Shown here one piece after another: positions 61,774 to 64,000 of a DNA stretch of 64,000 nt. The position numbers and the translations under genes were made by a program. Under the pieces are notes generated by a model that had not been told where the DNA came from, did no database searches, and worked only from the letters and a program-made list of their open reading frames with translations. How positions within the stretch are numbered: position 1 is the stretch's first letter; each line of letters begins with the position of its first letter. The stretch is taken from positions 21,392,001-21,456,000 of the forward strand of contig CM052816.1 in NCBI GenBank assembly GCA_028534125.1, read 5' to 3'. The DNA comes from Lama glama. Taxonomy: Eukaryota.

Positions 61774-62519
61774 ACTTCCCGGTTTTTAACAGGTCACGAA
61801 TGACTGAGGTGACTTACAAGTAATACAGTCCTGTTATCTATATTGGAGGGGTTTGAGGGTGCAATGAATGTGTAAAAAAGATAACCAGGGTCTCTGGGGC
61901 TGGGGACAAGAGAGAGAGAAACAAAACAAGGGGAGAAGGTAGGAGGAAAAGATGGGAGAAAGTTATATGTTCCCTTCAGGCTGGAATGAACATAGGATTA
62001 TCTTAGTTTATGAACAAATTATGAATTTACTGGGAAGTAATAACAGTGCTTTCACCATTTTACAGCCTAGTGAGACTTGCCAGAAAGCCTAGTGAGATTT
62101 GCAAGGATGCAAAGAGGTCTCCTTGCCCTAAATACAAAATCTTGCTCTTACCTATAGATTAAAAGGTTTTATCTCAGTGTCCCCTTTCCTCCAAAACCAA
62201 AAAATCCATTTGTTCACAAGGATGGTCAAACACTTGCATGCCCCCATCTGTGTGCCTGGTTCAGGTGAATCTTCTATTCTGATTTGGGAAAGACTGCCTG
62301 AAGTGAGTTGGTCTTCCCATGGATGACTCCCGGTGGGAAGGGAGGACCAGATAGTAAGTAGTCTGAGCTCATGAACCTGAGCATCCTTTCCTTAAGCCTT
62401 TTCCTGCTGCTGACTTGGCCTCTTAGGAATCTGTCTTAACACCATAAGGTATTCTTGAGTATCTGATACAGGCTTCAGAGTAGAGCATTCTTGGCTACCC
62501 GTTCTGCTCCAGCATCCTT

Positions 62520-63365
62520 CTCACATGTGCTAACCCTCTCCCTCCAGGACTTTGTTCAGGCCACTCTCTGCCTGGAACATACACTCTGTCTTCTTTACCT
62601 GGCTAACTTCACCTCATCCTCCAAGACCCCTCTGGTGCCATCTTCTCCAGGTAGCCTTACTGGACTTGTCTCCTCCGTTCAATGCCCACAGGGATAGGGA
62701 AGTCCCTCTGTATGTTCCCGTTAACCCCCTTTGATTCTCCCACTCATAGCATTTACCACACTGTCTTGGTTTCCTGGCCTAACTCTCCCAACAGACTGAA
62801 AACCTCTTGAGGGAATCTGACATACTTATGTTGGTTTTACCACCATTCTGCAGAGTACCTGGCACACAGAGGGCACTCAGTAAAGGTTTACTGAATTAAT
62901 GTTCAGGGAATAATTCAGAAAATAAGAAATGAAGTGTCACAAACCCCAAAACATCAAGTAACCAAACTATTTGTCCTAGAACATTCTTCTCCTGTTGTCA
63001 CCCTGGCTCTCCTGCCCCAACAGCAGTCAGGGCAGGTAACCTTATGATTGTTCACCTGCTCTTCTTCAATCTTCTTCTTTTTCAGGAATTTCCTCTTAAA
63101 TACCACTTCCTCAGAGGCTGTCTCTGGCCACCTAGTACAAGCACTCAGTCACTTGATTACATATCAATGTATTTTAATTTGCTACCAAGCATTACTGATA
63201 GTGTTGAAATTTTATTTATGTGTTTGTTTAATTATTTTCTATCTCCACTACTGTACTATAAGCTCCGTGTGACCAGGGACCTTGTCTATTCACAGCTGTA
63301 TGCCCAGTATCTAACAAAGTGGGTGCCACATAGTGGAGTGTTCACTATGTATTTGTTAAACAAAC
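62520..63365 (+). mobile_element. Two L2 3'-end fragments (about 62520-62900 and 63050-63365)
   Basis: GAGTACCTGGCACACAGAGGGCACTCAGTAAAGGTTTACTGAAT and ACTATAAGCTCCGTGTGACCAGGGACCTTGTCT...ATTTGTTAAA. Confidence 0.65.
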
Positions 63366-64000
63366 ACATGTTACTTTTACTTCATTATGATTTAATTTGA
63401 TGTATGCCTCTCTCTTTGCTGTTGGGTTGGGTGCCCCAGAGAAACTGAGAAGGGTCTCCCTCATGACATTAGAGGGCAGGTGGTGGGGGGAACCTCAGTT
63501 CCCTTCCTAGGCCAAGGTGGGGTATGCTGCCTGCCTACAGCTTCCTTATGACCAGATGCTAAGGAATCTTGGCCCATGTATCTATAGGCTTAAGATGTTA
63601 AAAATTCTCTTCCAGTTCTCTGTGAGAGCAGCTCCAGCCATGCATTTCCCACACTGAAAGAATATGCCCAGGGCTCTGAGTTGGCCTGGTATCCAGCAGG
63701 AAGCAAGTGCAGTGGTCAGCACACTAAGAAAAGTCTTCCTCTTTCCATATCACCACCCTGAGAGTAGCTACCTGGGTGGGTACAGAAGCTGGCTCTGCCT
63801 CATGTGGCTGAGCAGCATGGCTCTCTGGCTCTGCTATAGAACAAGGCTAGCCTTGAGAAGCTGTGGCCTGCATTCCTGTCACTCTGCTCCTGCAGAAATT
63901 GCTCTGCCAGCTCAGCAGAGGGCCTGGCCTGGAGTCTCTCACCTGCCCCTAGCCCTTCCCTGAAGTCCCTTCATTTACTGGAAATCATAAACAGTGAGAG

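Larger units (their letters stand above)
14700..64000 (-). ncRNA. Region syntenic with the body of antisense lncRNA CARINH / IRF1-AS1 / C5orf56 (exons not identifiable)
   Basis: Synteny inference only. In human and mouse this lncRNA lies 3' of IRF1 on the opposite strand. No protein-coding exons seen here. Confidence 0.35.

Noticed and set aside
14700..64000. Attempt to locate C5orf56/CARINH exons or a micropeptide
   Set aside because: No ORF or splice pattern could be confidently matched; needs cross-species alignment, RNA-seq or Ribo-seq.
1..64000. CRISPR arrays, operons or prokaryotic defence systems
   Set aside because: The sequence is mammalian (spliced gene, LINE/SINE/LTR content), and I saw no regularly spaced repeat-spacer array.

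Overview
Mammalian genomic DNA, not microbial. It is most likely camelid, judging by two tRNA-Ala-derived Vic-1-type SINEs and a 322-aa cetartiodactyl-type IRF1. The only supportable protein-coding gene is IRF1 (+ strand): non-coding exon 1 at about 7458-7683, then 9 coding exons from ATG 8736 to TAG 13733, all introns GT-AG, 969 nt = 322 aa. Its CpG-island promoter carries the classic GAS, CCAAT, GC-box and kappaB sites. A second CpG island about 5-6 kb upstream has a dense GAS+ISRE+kappaB module. The 50 kb downstream of IRF1 is non-coding and transposon-rich (L1, L2, MIR, MaLR/ERVL LTRs, hAT MITEs, SINEs). By synteny it should correspond to the body of the antisense lncRNA CARINH/IRF1-AS1/C5orf56, but its exons cannot be called from sequence alone. 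I found no new protein-coding system. The best leads are regulatory: an inverted exact copy of the IRF1 promoter GAS and kappaB cores about 40 kb downstream, several STAT/IRF/NF-kB motif clusters (some transposon-derived), and an inverted SINE pair that could form dsRNA. Repeat family names come from recalled consensus sequences, and repeat boundaries are approximate unless a TSD is cited.
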